From a virus (Duplodnaviria; Caudoviricetes), in the IMG/VR virus record IMGVR_UViG_3300047160_009226, positions 136,690 through 200,689 of that record: a stretch of DNA of 64,000 nucleotides; one strand, 5' to 3'. The notes under the pieces are model-generated. The model was not told the DNA's origin and ran no database searches. It was given only the letters and a program-made list of their open reading frames with translations. Below are positions 8,727 to 17,664 of the stretch, piece by piece. Every line of letters starts with the position of its first letter. Positions within the stretch are counted from its first letter, which is position 1. Position numbers and translations under genes: made by a program.

Positions 8727-9429
8727 AGGATTTCCATCTCAACTTCTCGTCATCTCGTTTGCGCCGTCTCGCTTCCTCTGGATCACCCAAGATTGGTGAC
8801 GGTGCCTCGAACTCGCCTATTCGACCGTTTGCGGGCCTTCCAACATCGTCTGTTGTCATCGGAGTGACTACAGAAACAGGCCCGGCTGTCTCTCCTTCCT
8901 CCTCTCCTAGAAGATCCAGTATGGGAAACATCTGAAGATTCATCAAGGCATCGCCCCATTGAGCTGCCATTGCTTCAAGAGTCTTTGGAATGATCAGCCA
9001 AAAATGATTCTCCGCACGATATCTAGTGAAGAGAGTCTCAACAATTAGTTCATGCAATTTCTTATTATGAGAATCGGTATATCCAAACTGCAAGTAGAAC
9101 TGCTTGAACACAGGGAATCCATCTCGATAGTTGTCGTTGTCAAAGTAATACTGAATCAGAGTAGTGCCGCTGAATACCTTATGTGGTCTTTTATCCAATT
9201 CCAACCGTGACCGAACAACTCTATTTGCTGTATTATAATGTGCCAGAATGATCAACTGTTTCTCTTTAAGTTTATCTCCAAAAGATGTCAGAGGTAAAGA
9301 AACCACACTAGCAAAAAACTCCATTCGATAATGATCAAGTTCCTGCTCAGTTTCAGGAGTGCGTGCGTAGACTATCTTTTCTTTTCCGTTGACCACGATT
9401 TTTTTAGGGATGTGAGTAATCTCATCCAT
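8719..9429 (-). CDS. Hypothetical; possibly degenerate DnaC/IstB-like helicase loader
   Basis: Adjacent to dnaB; FYLQFGYTDSHNKKLHELIVETLFTRY resembles the post-Walker-B segment of DnaC-like ATPases, but no Walker A/B. Confidence 0.4.
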   Translation of the reverse strand: MDEITHIPKKIVVNGKEKIVYARTPETEQELDHYRMEFFASVVSLPLTSFGDKLKEKQLIILAHYNTANRVVRSRLELDKRPHKVFSGTTLIQYYFDNDNYRDGFPVFKQFYLQFGYTDSHNKKLHELIVETLFTRYRAENHFWLIIPKTLEAMAAQWGDALMNLQMFPILDLLGEEEGETAGPVSVVTPMTTDDVGRPANGRIGEFEAPSPILGDPEEARRRKRDDEKLRWKSYE

Positions 9430-9441
9430 ATACTTGATCTC

Positions 9442-11085
9442 CTACTGGGCGATTCGTAGCTTTCTCATCTTTCTTGCAACTTCTACTGACAAAGATCCAA
9501 CAAACTCAGCCACAGGCTCATTACTACTAAGTAATGTCTCAAACTGAAGTGTCTTCGGTCGAAGAATGCTCTCTACCAACTCATCTACAGAATTCTGCAT
9601 GAGAAGATGCCAAACTCCCAAGTATCGGTGCTCCGACCCAAATCTACGGGCTCGACCCACTACCTGTACATACTGCCCAACCGTCCAAGGCATCGAGAAA
9701 AAAATAACATGCTTCGCTCTCTGTAGATTTAATGCTTCTCCTCCCGCATCCGTCATCAACATCAAATTGGATCGGCCCTCCTGAAAATCCAATCTAGCTT
9801 GATCTCGATCAGCCTGTTTCACAGATCCCGTAATCACCACCGGATTTTGATCGGCAAGCGCTGACTTCAAATGCCAAATCGAAGTCGAAAAAGGAGAGTA
9901 TATAATAACAGGATCATCTTCAAGCTCATTACTAAGAAGATCTTTTAGCATGGCTAATTTAGTATTCTTTTCTTGGACAGCTTTATACTCCAATCGCTTA
10001 TTTGTGTCTGTATGAAAAACAGATGGAAAGCCATCAACTTCCAGTGGCAAGCTGATATCAATAAAGTGCTCTGGAGTTGATGCGGCAATCTGTGCATGAG
10101 CGAGTGCTGAATTAGCAGCTATGACATCATTATCATAGTCAGCCAAAAATAAACCACGTTCTGCGTCAGCGTAGACCCTACGATGCAGTGACGACATGGT
10201 CTCCCGACGACTCACCGTCTGTACCTCAGGACGCTCCAGATCCATCTCTGATTCTGGTGGAGAGAGATAAAGATGAGATACCCTTGCAGCAAAGTCCGGT
10301 AGATTCTTATAGCCCTCGATCGTCTTGATCGTAATGAACCGTCGTCCCCCTCCCTTTCCTGTACGCATGGGAACCTTTTTTAGTCCCTGAATCACATAGG
10401 TTCGATTAAAAAAGATCAAAGACATCGTCCCTGGATTTAACAGGTTCAAGATATGCAATGCATCATGTGCCTTATTCTTAATAAGAGTCGCCGTAAAACC
10501 GTGGATTCGTGGGACAATCTCAGAAAGCTGCTGTGTAATTTTATAAAGCTTGGACTTTGGATTCCTCACACGCTGGCACTCGTCCAAGATCACCCATGTA
10601 CCCTCCTTCCAGAGATCCTGCGTCTCCAAAAAGAAGTCCCAGTCCCTCTGATACTGGCTCCAACTGAGACACAACATTGATCCCATACCAATCTTAATCC
10701 ATTCCTGATAGTAACGCTCGCGTTCCCGGTTAGGAGCATCTTCGCTCGATGGTACCTCAGTGCACGGAACACCCGGTAGAAATCTGTGGCACTCGTCACA
10801 CCACTGCGATACAGCGGACTTGGTTGTTACAACCAATAACCTGGATGATCTTTGCTCACGAAAAATTCCCCAAGCATTCAGACCACAAATAGTTTTCCCA
10901 GATCCTGTCACATGACCTAACACGAACCGTTTCATCACCAATAGATGAGAAACAGCTACTCGCTGATACTTGCGGAGCGGAAACTCGGTATTCCAACTTG
11001 AAGGCACTGGCAGATTGGGATTATCCCTCTGATCCCGGATTTTCTGCAGGGCCTGTTGCGCATCAGAAACTACGATCATTCTCAA
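9442..11085 (-). CDS. SNF2-family helicase/ATPase
   Basis: GHVTGSGKT, ILDECQRVRN, TATLIKN, GGEALNLQRAKHVIFFSMPW...QVVGRARRFG. Confidence 0.9.
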   Translation of the reverse strand: MRMIVVSDAQQALQKIRDQRDNPNLPVPSSWNTEFPLRKYQRVAVSHLLVMKRFVLGHVTGSGKTICGLNAWGIFREQRSSRLLVVTTKSAVSQWCDECHRFLPGVPCTEVPSSEDAPNRERERYYQEWIKIGMGSMLCLSWSQYQRDWDFFLETQDLWKEGTWVILDECQRVRNPKSKLYKITQQLSEIVPRIHGFTATLIKNKAHDALHILNLLNPGTMSLIFFNRTYVIQGLKKVPMRTGKGGGRRFITIKTIEGYKNLPDFAARVSHLYLSPPESEMDLERPEVQTVSRRETMSSLHRRVYADAERGLFLADYDNDVIAANSALAHAQIAASTPEHFIDISLPLEVDGFPSVFHTDTNKRLEYKAVQEKNTKLAMLKDLLSNELEDDPVIIYSPFSTSIWHLKSALADQNPVVITGSVKQADRDQARLDFQEGRSNLMLMTDAGGEALNLQRAKHVIFFSMPWTVGQYVQVVGRARRFGSEHRYLGVWHLLMQNSVDELVESILRPKTLQFETLLSSNEPVAEFVGSLSVEVARKMRKLRIAQ

Positions 11086-11100
11086 CTCTCGTAGAGAATA

Positions 11101-11607
11101 TTAACTTTGAAAAAGAGACTTCAAATCTGGAATAATACCCAATAAAGTTCGTGTGTGTTGAGGTATCATGACTTCGTGTGAATCAAAAGCAATCTTAAGT
11201 CGATCAGATGACCTCATACCACTGAGATTCATTTCCTTGATAACCTTATCAAGCCCATTTGGAATCGGAGTATCATTCCCATGGTTGAGATAAAAGTTTG
11301 GAGTGTCAAACTCCTGAGAAACACGACCCCTTGGAACTGAATACGGTATCTTTTTGAGAGTCATAATCTGCTCTGAAGAGAGAGACCATTCTTCGCTAAG
11401 CTTAGGAACAATATAACGACGCCAGAACCAATCATGAACCTTATCCTCGGGATAAAGTTCTTCAGGAAAGACATCAAGATCCCAACCGTTGGAAGTAGGA
11501 ACCCAATAATAAGGGCCAGTCATTGGCCGTGCCGACTCCCTTAATGCAGCAAGTCGTTGAGCCAATCGATGAGTACGAGCTACACGGATTAAAGTAGACC
11601 TGTTCAT
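11101..11607 (-). CDS. Hypothetical protein with Arg-rich N-terminal leader
   Basis: ORF track; SD GGGAG; leader MNRSTLIRVARTHRLAQRLAA. Confidence 0.7.
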   Translation of the reverse strand: MNRSTLIRVARTHRLAQRLAALRESARPMTGPYYWVPTSNGWDLDVFPEELYPEDKVHDWFWRRYIVPKLSEEWSLSSEQIMTLKKIPYSVPRGRVSQEFDTPNFYLNHGNDTPIPNGLDKVIKEMNLSGMRSSDRLKIAFDSHEVMIPQHTRTLLGIIPDLKSLFQS

Positions 11608-11709
11608 TTCATCTATCTCCCTTTATTACCCATAACTGTCGTAGCCCTTGATACAATCCTTTCTCATGGAATCTCGGAGATCATATTCAGTACTCGCCAT
11701 AATCAACGA

Positions 11710-12243
11710 TTATTCGACAATCATTGATGCCATACGACTATTGTACAGTTCAAGTCCTTTCTTAACCTCGTCTACGGAGAACCTCTTGAGTTCTCCCCCT
11801 GACCCTTCCACTATAATCGGATATGGACTCACCATCGGACCCTCCTTATGCAACCTTTCCCCGACAATCTGGTACTTCGAACCATTACGCATAATCGTGC
11901 GACCCAAATCCGATGGCGATAGACCGTACTTAGTTGCAATCTCAATGAAATTGTTCTGAATAACGGAGTTCCCTGTCGGTTTAATCACATTCGATTGCGT
12001 CACATCTCCTGACGCATGCACTTGAGTATAAAAACCATCGGTGCTCAAGGTCTGAACCACAATCCGTGCCTTTTCAGTAACCGAATGCGTGAGACCTGTA
12101 CTCGCCACAAACAAGTCAAACCTGATCGACGTCTCCCATCGGTCCTCGTCCTCATTCAATCCACACTCTATCTCCGTAATCGTCCAACGATTTCCCGTGA
12201 CACTCAAGAATATGTCACCCACAACAATCGACTTCACAATCAC
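11710..12243 (-). CDS. Hypothetical protein, paralogue of 12320..12883
   Basis: GTG start after GGGGGG SD; shares VGD.F.S...RWETS and KYGL.P.DLGR.I...Y.IVG with neighbour. Confidence 0.7.
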   Translation of the reverse strand: MIVKSIVVGDIFLSVTGNRWTITEIECGLNEDEDRWETSIRFDLFVASTGLTHSVTEKARIVVQTLSTDGFYTQVHASGDVTQSNVIKPTGNSVIQNNFIEIATKYGLSPSDLGRTIMRNGSKYQIVGERLHKEGPMVSPYPIIVEGSGGELKRFSVDEVKKGLELYNSRMASMIVE

Positions 12244-12266
12244 GCCATTCCCCCCAAGAAAAAATG

Positions 12267-12313
12267 ATTCACGCCGACCATAGAACTATACCACGTCGGC
12301 GTGAATTTTTCCC
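12267..12313 (-). promoter_or_regulatory. Phage promoter motif (GGGAAA-N17-TATAGT) embedded in a 12-bp inverted repeat
   Basis: TATAGT at 12290..12285, -35-position hexamer starts 12313; ATTCACGCCGAC (12267-12278) / GTCGGCGTGAAT (12295-12306). Confidence 0.65.
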
Positions 12314-12319
12314 CTGGAT

Positions 12320-12883
12320 TTACACCAAACCAGCCTTCGCTTTCTCCGCAGTGATCTTATAGACACCACCACGCCTACCCTGAATCAGAATCGGCATCTT
12401 CCAGTTACGCGGTTTAGCACCGACGATCGTATAGTTCTTGGTACGATTCTTGCCAAGACTGATTTTGCGGCCCAGATCCGTCGGAGCCAAGCCGTACTTA
12501 GCTGCGTGTTGACGGAAGTCGGCTTCCCATTGCCTACGCTTCTGATCAACCGATGGTGTAGAAGGAAGCGGCGCTCCAGCCAGAGGTCCGGTCGTCACAA
12601 CCGAAGAAGGCGTTGTTGTTATACCATCTGAGGAAGTCGCTGCCTTCCTCACGCGTACAAAACCGCCTTCTTTCAGTCTCTGTACGAAGTCACGGCCCTT
12701 ACTCGAGAGCTGAAGGTTATTTCCAGACCCGTAACTCGAATTCCATGCCACAGACGTCTCCCAACGATTGTCTACCATGCTGAATTCGAACCAGATCTTG
12801 ACTACCTCCAGCGTGGTTGCAGAATCAGCACTCACAAATCGATCGCCCACCTCAACCGAAAGAACTGCAAGGATGTCAGCCAT
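12320..12883 (-). CDS. Hypothetical protein, paralogue of 11710..12243
   Basis: ORF track; C-terminal KYGLAPTDLGRKISLG...YTIVGAKPRNWKMPIL domain. Confidence 0.75.
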   Translation of the reverse strand: MADILAVLSVEVGDRFVSADSATTLEVVKIWFEFSMVDNRWETSVAWNSSYGSGNNLQLSSKGRDFVQRLKEGGFVRVRKAATSSDGITTTPSSVVTTGPLAGAPLPSTPSVDQKRRQWEADFRQHAAKYGLAPTDLGRKISLGKNRTKNYTIVGAKPRNWKMPILIQGRRGGVYKITAEKAKAGLV

Positions 12884-12938
12884 TGATCGTCACCTCCATG
12901 TTACTATACTCGCCCATCCGTGGTTTTTCGCATAAATT

Positions 12939-15311
12939 CTAAAGATCGCATCCTGGACCCGTACAAGCCACTTGAGCGGAGAGTGTTGTCTCGTCTTCTT
13001 CCTCGTAGAGTAAAATTCGTGACCAGTCAATCTCCGTCGGCATGACTTTCGCACGCTGAGTATATTCCTGCTCAGTAATCGTTTGATAAGGGGCCAATGG
13101 ATAAACTGCGTTATCAAATGGATAGAACGAAATTCCACCTACAATATCCCAGTTCTCATAGACCCAGTTGCCTGCCTCGATCCACTCATGATCCTTGACA
13201 CTAACCGTTATACTTGGATTGTGCTCTGTAAAATTGACTTTCCAAGTCTTCCAGTCCTCTAATTGTTCAACGGCTGTCATATCGCCAAGAATAATGGTAT
13301 TATCAGGGGCTCTACACGGAAATTCAAACACACACATTCCTGTCTTATCATAATCGAACTGCCATGGAATCTTAGCGTCTTTTAATACCTTAGCAATAGG
13401 ATTGGTTTCCTCAAACCGAAGACGTCTGATGTAGAACCTTCCGTGATGCGGTTTAAATCTGGCCGGCTTATCAAAGAATACGCTCGAATCTCCGGACGGT
13501 TTTCCACAAGTAAGAGCCGCTCCAGGCTTAATTCCAATTCTCTGTGCCCAATAAACGTTAGTTTCCTGAACTTTCTTCAAAAGTCTCCGAAGGATCTCTT
13601 CTCGTCCCGATACTCCTGGCTTCAAAAGTTTACAATCCATATGCCCAAGAATATCTACCCCGAGTAAAGCCTCATCTTCACAATTAAATTTCCATTCAGA
13701 ACTAAGATATCTAAAATTAGTCATGCTTGCCTGAATAGTGCCCCAAATCGTCGCAATCTCAACCTTCTTCTCAATTTCCTCATAAGTATCATCAACTTCA
13801 ACAATCGCGATACTAAGGTTACAAAATTCTTTATGTCTAAGAATAATTTCACCACATGGATTTGTTCCTAGTACATGTTCACGTGCTCTCCTAACTGGCA
13901 TCTGATAATTTAACCCACCACGATTAAAAATCCCACGCTCTCCTGATCCGGATTTCGCCAATGCCATCCATTCGTCCATAAAGTCCACAGAAGTCGGCTT
14001 CTCTTCATATGCCGTTGAGTTATTAGTTTGATTCCTCCAAGGATGGGTGTTAAAAAACTCTCCCTTCTTCGCATCACGCATCAATAGATCATCTTTATCA
14101 GATAAAGAAAGACCTGATGCCCGTCTCACTCCACCCATCTGACCGATCCGATGCAACATGCATGTCATATCCAAAAGATCAATACTTCGTAAGCGCTTCT
14201 TCTGTCTCCTAAAAACCAAGTCACGGTCAAAATTCAATAAGTCACGCAATGGGAGTGGGCCACTCGCCCGTCCTCCTTTAGTTCTCAAAATAGAACCTGC
14301 TGGCCTGATCTGTGACAAATCAAAATTTACATCAGCTCCATCCATCCAATGGTGAAGGCCAAATTTCAGTGCATCACACCAAGCCTCGGTATCGTCTTCG
14401 ACCGTATAATCAACAGGATCGCAATCTCTCTTGGCATGAATTCTCGGCCACTTGTCAACGGCATATTCTTCTTCAACAGAGAATCCAAAACCTACACCTT
14501 GCATTAAAAGATAAAGATCTTCCGTCATCAATTCAGGACTGTCCATTAAACCAAATGCGCAATTATAAATTCCAGACTGACATCGTTCCAATGCCGGTCC
14601 TGCCATTTGAATTCCACGCATGCTGCCCGTTGCCTTGTGATGCAACAAGTAGTCATGCATAATTGCCCATGTCTCTTCTGAAACAGATCCAGGTGCAATC
14701 TTAGTGATATGACTACGATAATAATCTATTACTCGTTTGCAGGATTCAGGCCAGATCTCTCGTCTCTTGGGTGTAAAGTCACGACGAAACCGAGAGAACT
14801 TATCAAACGCCTGAACTTCCTGAAGAAGCCTATTCTTCCCGGTAAATGTATCACATCCCTTCTTAAAAAAGTCTCTCATCTCAGGTGAGATACCTTTAGA
14901 TTCTTCTCTAATACGTCTTCGCTCATCTCTATAGAGAATGTAATGCTTGGCTGCTTCAAATTGCCCAAGTGCCATTAACTGGGCTTCAACAATATCCTGA
15001 ATCGCTTCTATTCCAATTTCTGCCAGGTGGCCGTTCTCACCAAACTGAAGCGCTTTCAATCTCAGAATTGTATCCACTTGATCAGTAACAATCTCAGGAG
15101 TCATTCCTCCAATTCTTTCTGCCACACTTTCAAAACACATTCCCACGGCTCGAAGAATCTTATTTCTATCATAAGGTACAATATGCCCCTCTCGCTTCAC
15201 TACTCTCATCAGATTAGGATCAGCCAAAGTCAATAGAGCAGCGTCTGATTCACTGTGATTCTTGTTGTTTCCGTTAGTGAGCTTGTTCGTAAGAGCAGAA
15301 ACCAGCGCCAT
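12939..15311 (-). CDS. nrdJ: Class II (B12-dependent) ribonucleotide reductase with N-terminal ATP cone
   Basis: ATP cone VVKREGHIVPYDRNKI...AAKHYILYR; active site TNPCGEI...CNL; C-terminal CTGPGC; start refined to 15311 (SD AGGAG). Confidence 0.92.
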   Translation of the reverse strand: MALVSALTNKLTNGNNKNHSESDAALLTLADPNLMRVVKREGHIVPYDRNKILRAVGMCFESVAERIGGMTPEIVTDQVDTILRLKALQFGENGHLAEIGIEAIQDIVEAQLMALGQFEAAKHYILYRDERRRIREESKGISPEMRDFFKKGCDTFTGKNRLLQEVQAFDKFSRFRRDFTPKRREIWPESCKRVIDYYRSHITKIAPGSVSEETWAIMHDYLLHHKATGSMRGIQMAGPALERCQSGIYNCAFGLMDSPELMTEDLYLLMQGVGFGFSVEEEYAVDKWPRIHAKRDCDPVDYTVEDDTEAWCDALKFGLHHWMDGADVNFDLSQIRPAGSILRTKGGRASGPLPLRDLLNFDRDLVFRRQKKRLRSIDLLDMTCMLHRIGQMGGVRRASGLSLSDKDDLLMRDAKKGEFFNTHPWRNQTNNSTAYEEKPTSVDFMDEWMALAKSGSGERGIFNRGGLNYQMPVRRAREHVLGTNPCGEIILRHKEFCNLSIAIVEVDDTYEEIEKKVEIATIWGTIQASMTNFRYLSSEWKFNCEDEALLGVDILGHMDCKLLKPGVSGREEILRRLLKKVQETNVYWAQRIGIKPGAALTCGKPSGDSSVFFDKPARFKPHHGRFYIRRLRFEETNPIAKVLKDAKIPWQFDYDKTGMCVFEFPCRAPDNTIILGDMTAVEQLEDWKTWKVNFTEHNPSITVSVKDHEWIEAGNWVYENWDIVGGISFYPFDNAVYPLAPYQTITEQEYTQRAKVMPTEIDWSRILLYEEEDETTLSAQVACTGPGCDL

Positions 15312-15315
15312 GAGA

Positions 15316-15879
15316 CTATCTCCTGGTAAACTGTCCATTGATAGATGGTTGATAGGGCACTGGGCCATCGTACCCCCTGTAAAGCCCCTTATATGGAAGG
15401 ATTTCTCCTTCAGGCGTGTCATAGCTTATCTGACATATCGGCGTAAATGGAAAAATTACCACTGGAATAATTGAATAGATCTCTAATGTCCAACAACCTT
15501 CAAATCCGACGTCTCCAAAACCTGCTGTAGCGTGTATATGCAAACTCAGACGACCAGTAGAACTTCGTCCATCGAGCATAGGAATCAAATCCGGTGATAT
15601 TGTATACTCAGCGGTCGATCCCAGATAGAACCATCCTGGCTTAATGAGAAACCCTTTCTCAGGAGTCATGTAAACAGAGTAATCCGGTTTGTTTATCTGA
15701 CCCCAAACTAAAGGCTTTCTCCAAGGAGTAAACCAATATCGTGGTCGATAAACTAACAACCTCGGTCCAATAGACAGGTTATAACTATTCGGATTCACTC
15801 TCTCTTCATCAAAAGGTTTGATGGTTAATCGATTATCAGCGGCTCGCTTAGCGATCTCTTTTCCAGTCAATTTCGACAC
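15316..15879 (-). CDS. dcd: dCTP deaminase
   Basis: VNPNSYNL, LDGRSSTGRL, AGFGDVGFEGCWTLEI, ICQISY. Confidence 0.92.
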   Translation of the reverse strand: MSKLTGKEIAKRAADNRLTIKPFDEERVNPNSYNLSIGPRLLVYRPRYWFTPWRKPLVWGQINKPDYSVYMTPEKGFLIKPGWFYLGSTAEYTISPDLIPMLDGRSSTGRLSLHIHATAGFGDVGFEGCWTLEIYSIIPVVIFPFTPICQISYDTPEGEILPYKGLYRGYDGPVPYQPSINGQFTRR

Positions 15880-15901
15880 AATATTCCTCCCTTTTTTAAA
15901 A

Positions 15902-17419
15902 TCACCAGTAACTACTAATTGAGAGTGCTTCTATCAAAGATGTTGGATATCCTCCTGGAATCAAAATTGATTTTCCTACAATCGGAGGAGCGATTTGTGG
16001 AGTCAAGGACTCTGGCAAACTTCCCATCCTCCTATATTCATCAAAGTGATCTGAAGGACATTGAATCGTAAAATCTACATGAGGATTTCCAGCACAGAGA
16101 GAAACAGTAGCTGCCGCTGGATATCGATAGGTTAGAGCCGCTGTAATAAAGAAATCGGTTCCCAAAAAAGATGTCATCTTGGGTCTGCCCAGCAATACCT
16201 TATTAATCCCTCGTTCAAGAGCCAATACCGGTCTAGGATGCTTGACTATAAGATACGTATCATTTTCTTCACTAATTTTAGTAGGAACAGGTCTGTATGT
16301 TGATGTAAGTTGATCTGGATCATCTTGCTGATTTCCGACCATCAACCAGCCTTCTGTCTGCATGAGAATCCGTGAACAACGATCCAGTCCCATTAATCGT
16401 TCTAAAGCAAGAACATAAGTATCTAACGTCGATCGCTCACTCGGTCGAAGATAGAGTCCTTGTTTGACATTATAAAGTATACTTGTAAGAGTTTGTGTCG
16501 TTTTACTAAAAGGATACGTTAAATACGGAAAATTTCCAATAAACGAAGCAGGTGGCTCTGTAATCACCGGAGGTGGCAACACAAATAGTGGAGGCCCTGG
16601 AGGACCTGGAGGTGGACTTGGCGGGACATGAGGATCTTGAATCGGCGGAGGAGGAAATGGATCGTAGTTTGCTGGAAATCTAAAAAGATGGGCATCCGTA
16701 AATGGTGCAACCCAAAATCTAGTAACGTCAATCGGCCCCAATCTCTCTGAGATCTTAGTCATTGGAGGGATGACAAGATCTAACAAATCTGAATCAACAG
16801 GACTTTCAGGTGCTTTCCCATCAAGATACCAGTTTGGAACATTCCTAACAGCTGTATATCTAGGAAATGGTTGTGGTCCTTGATATGAAGGGTCCGCCCA
16901 ATACTTATAATCAATCAAAGAAGGTAGCGGAGGTTTCACCCCTTCGAACAGGGTGGACTTACTCTGCGAAGGTGGAGAAGGAGACGGAGAAGTGGAATAA
17001 TTAAACAAAGGCGGGGGTGACCATGCGTTTATCCAATAGTACAATACAAACTTCTTCTCAGTCTCAAAATACTGCAACACAGGATCAACGGCTGACTCTA
17101 TCAATGTTGCTGAAAAAGGACCTGATGTAGCACTATCAGAATCTGGCATAAGTGCAACAACTGGAATTAACTTTCCAGTCGGAGCACCATTAAAGGTGGT
17201 CGTAAGAAACAATGCCTTGATTCCAGCTCCCCAGCCAATCAACCCTAACAAATTTCCATCTGGATTATCTCTGGTGACTCTGACATACGCCTCTGGTGTA
17301 GGTGTACCTGCACTATACAAAGTAAATGCTGGCTGAAACTCTTCGAAGTTTTCTGCGATGACAGTCATCGCCTCCCCTGTCTCTGTGACCACAGATGAAG
17401 ATAATCGCATCACAGCCAT
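15902..17419 (-). CDS. Pro-rich putative virion protein, paralogue family member A
   Basis: N-terminal module shared with 17665..19182 and 19511..22501 (SVV..GE.LTVI.E...W.NAW.P). Confidence 0.7.
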   Translation of the reverse strand: MAVMRLSSSVVTETGEAMTVIAENFEEFQPAFTLYSAGTPTPEAYVRVTRDNPDGNLLGLIGWGAGIKALFLTTTFNGAPTGKLIPVVALMPDSDSATSGPFSATLIESAVDPVLQYFETEKKFVLYYWINAWSPPPLFNYSTSPSPSPPSQSKSTLFEGVKPPLPSLIDYKYWADPSYQGPQPFPRYTAVRNVPNWYLDGKAPESPVDSDLLDLVIPPMTKISERLGPIDVTRFWVAPFTDAHLFRFPANYDPFPPPPIQDPHVPPSPPPGPPGPPLFVLPPPVITEPPASFIGNFPYLTYPFSKTTQTLTSILYNVKQGLYLRPSERSTLDTYVLALERLMGLDRCSRILMQTEGWLMVGNQQDDPDQLTSTYRPVPTKISEENDTYLIVKHPRPVLALERGINKVLLGRPKMTSFLGTDFFITAALTYRYPAAATVSLCAGNPHVDFTIQCPSDHFDEYRRMGSLPESLTPQIAPPIVGKSILIPGGYPTSLIEALSISSYW

Positions 17420-17664
17420 TATAATTGCCTCATGTCAACTGGTATGAACCTCTCCGTGACTCCTAATACCACGGCCCTCTGAGAAAAAATGCCCAAAAAA
17501 ATAAGATCCATACCAATAAAAATAGGAATAGAGTTTCTCTATCCCTAGTACACGACATACCAACAGTCTATGGGCTACACAAACCGAAGTTTTAGACGGA
17601 TTAGCGAGGAGGAAAATAAGACAGTGCTTTTTCTAACCAATCTAGATAAAATCATTTTATATTA

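Noticed and set aside
17418-17438. Perfect TTGACA and TATAAT hexamers
   Set aside because: Only 9 nt apart, and TATAAT overlaps the start codon; geometry incompatible with sigma70
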